Assembly: GCA_963811105.1 (NCBI GenBank)
Contig: CAWEPZ010000011.1
Location: 1,120,001 to 1,184,000, forward strand
DNA: 64,000 nt
Reading direction: 5' to 3'
DNA from: Candidatus Bathyarchaeota archaeon
Lineage (GTDB): Archaea; Thermoproteota; Bathyarchaeia; Bathyarchaeales; Bathycorpusculaceae
The number at the start of each line of letters is the position of its first letter. Position 1 is the stretch's first letter. Under the pieces are notes generated by a model. That model ran no database searches, was not told where the DNA came from, and worked only from the letters and a program-made list of their open reading frames with translations. The position numbers and the translations under genes were made by a program. Positions 62,083 through 64,000 of the stretch are shown here, piece by piece.

Positions 62083-63222
62083 ATGCGATTATTGCTTAGC
62101 TGTTCAGAACTTGGTTTAGGCCATGTTTCCCGTATCATTCCTTTAGGAAAACGACTGCAAAAGCATGGCCATGAAATGTTCTTCTTTTCAGGAGGCAAAG
62201 CTCACGAAATACTCCAAAAGGAGTTTTCGCACGTTTACAAATGCACACCAATATCTTGGTACGAAAACGCATACGGCATTATCACTTCCGCGTCACTAAT
62301 CAACCTGTTCTTTCCTTTGCCTTTATTCAACACCGAGAAAAATAGGCTCGAGATAAAAAATTCCAACGCATGGGAAACAATACATCGCTATTACGATCTA
62401 AGAGAAAACATTCGTGACATCGCACCGGACCTGCTTATCGCTGATGGCGACATAAATGCACTTAGACTCGCTCAGAGATGGAGAATCCCTTCCGTCTATA
62501 TAGCTAACATTATAAGACCAAGTTACGGGTTCTCCGCTCTTCTTAGTCCAGGAGAACGCTTGGTTGAACGATATGTCAAAAACTGTTCAAAAATCATTAT
62601 ACCAGATAATCCGCCGCCGTACACTATTTCAGAATACAGCGTAGGAAACATGGCTGGGATGGGCTTAGATGGAAAAGTGGAGTTTACTGGAAGCTTTGTT
62701 GACACAACGTATGTAAAGGGGTCTAAAGAACACATTTTTGCACCTATAAGTGGACCGCCAGGTACAAGAGGAAAACTTCTAAAAACCCTTCTTCCAGTTC
62801 TTGAAAAACTCAAAAGCAAATGTGTCATAAGTTTAGGCACGCCAGGAAAAAAAGTGACAACAAGAATTGGAAATTGTGAACTTCATACATGGCTATCTCA
62901 AGAAGAACGAACAGCATATATGAAAAACGCTAAATTTGTCATTTTTAGCGGTGGACATGCAACATGCTTTGAAACCATCAAATATGGCAAACCAAGCATT
63001 TGTATTCCAACACAACCTGAACAATTGGGTAATGCAGCGAAACTTCAAGATTTAAACTGCTCAATTACTGCTAAAAATAAAAAAGAGTTGCAGAAGGCTG
63101 TTCAAAGAATAGAGAGTGAGCAGGAATCCTTCAATCGGAACATGTTAGCGCTCAACGAGTTCTCTAATAAGTTTAAGGGTTTAGACAGTGCGGTCTCAAT
63201 TATTGAAACCCTACTAGATTAA
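62083..63222 (+). CDS. GT-B glycosyltransferase (MurG/GT28-like)
   Basis: GLGHVSR, SGGHAT..E, IPTQPEQ..NA. Confidence 0.85.
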   Translation: MRLLLSCSELGLGHVSRIIPLGKRLQKHGHEMFFFSGGKAHEILQKEFSHVYKCTPISWYENAYGIITSASLINLFFPLPLFNTEKNRLEIKNSNAWETIHRYYDLRENIRDIAPDLLIADGDINALRLAQRWRIPSVYIANIIRPSYGFSALLSPGERLVERYVKNCSKIIIPDNPPPYTISEYSVGNMAGMGLDGKVEFTGSFVDTTYVKGSKEHIFAPISGPPGTRGKLLKTLLPVLEKLKSKCVISLGTPGKKVTTRIGNCELHTWLSQEERTAYMKNAKFVIFSGGHATCFETIKYGKPSICIPTQPEQLGNAAKLQDLNCSITAKNKKELQKAVQRIESEQESFNRNMLALNEFSNKFKGLDSAVSIIETLLD

Positions 63223-63230
63223 AGCTATGG

Positions 63231-63854
63231 TTATTTACCAAGGTGTAATCGCTTAACTTCGCCCTTTGGAGATTCTTCCTCAAAAATAATCGCGTGAAAC
63301 TTGTAAATTTTGGCGCCTTTAACTAGCCAACTATCAGGTGGAAGCCCAGCTTTGACACAGCATTGACAAAGAAATTCTTCTTCACACCAACCCCATTCAA
63401 CAGGCACCTGAGGTAAAAGCAAACCCTTAGAGTAGCCTTTTTCAATGATTAAGCCGTCTTCGCCAACCTTAATTTTGTTTAAGTACTCTTTTGGATTGTC
63501 GACGTTCACGGGTTCCGGAGGCGTTAGTACGCTTACCTCAAAAACAACCTTGCTCAATTCAGACAAAGATAATGGCTCAAACCGTGGGTCCCGCGTTGCA
63601 GCATTAATTGCAGAATCAATTACCGCTTCTACAAGGGGACTTGTAGGGTAAGGGTAACCTATGCAGCCGCGAAGCTCCTTTTCCCCACCTCTAACACTGT
63701 TTATTGTTACGAAAACGCCGCAGTGCTCGAAGAGTTTCTTTGGGGTTTCTTTTGGCGGTTGAATTGCTTTGCCAGTTTCCAAGTATTGTTTTACTACAGT
63801 CCGAGCAAGTTGAATTAGGAATTTTCCTTCTTCCAAACTTAGTTCAAATACCAT
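63231..63854 (-). CDS. AMMECR1 family protein
   Basis: GVFVT, LRGCIG, DPRF, EVSVLT, GLLLPQV, KAGL. Confidence 0.93.
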   Translation of the reverse strand: MVFELSLEEGKFLIQLARTVVKQYLETGKAIQPPKETPKKLFEHCGVFVTINSVRGGEKELRGCIGYPYPTSPLVEAVIDSAINAATRDPRFEPLSLSELSKVVFEVSVLTPPEPVNVDNPKEYLNKIKVGEDGLIIEKGYSKGLLLPQVPVEWGWCEEEFLCQCCVKAGLPPDSWLVKGAKIYKFHAIIFEEESPKGEVKRLHLGK

Positions 63855-64000
63855 AATATTACCTCGATCTTGAATCATGCACAATTGCATGGCTGGTTGC
63901 TGTTTATTAAGAATGAAATTTGTAGGAAAGAGTTTAGAATTTTATGGATTCTTCGGCGATGCCTTCCTTAGTTATTATTAGGAAGTCTATGCCGTCGCCG

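Overview
Archaeal chromosomal window. Gene content points to Bathyarchaeia/TACK: archaeal histone, TFE alpha and a TFE-beta/RPC34-like gene, KEOPS, aTrm56, archaeal ThrRS, PQQ-propeller surface proteins, a ribophorin-I-like gene. Most of it is housekeeping: an NfnAB/Sud redox cluster, hisGDCBHAFI, ino1, gcvH, glgP, copA, ilvE, rps15-DHH-pcc1, kae1-bud32-rdgB, rlmE, nadC, tRNA-iMet and tRNA-Val. Main oddities: (1) an unannotated 18-aa Lys/Ala/Pro peptide gene resembling a histone H1 tail, divergent from the histone gene; (2) two conserved overlapping genes (sudB, hflX), and perhaps a third small ORF, appear to start at ACG behind an identical GAGGCG-N8 motif; (3) a ~4 kb segment (48.1-52.1 kb) of three shattered genes with strand-specific cytosine loss (189 nt with no C, ~1.1 kb with no CC) ending in a 54-nt poly(A), which is either a consensus artefact or local DNA modification/deamination; (4) unusual fusions (YHS-glucan phosphorylase, rubredoxin-ThDP enzyme, tandem ferredoxin-MvhD); (5) several clean palindromic operators. 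Homopolymer frameshifts at 60.5-62 kb suggest long-read assembly errors. All calls come from reading motifs by eye; no database search was run.
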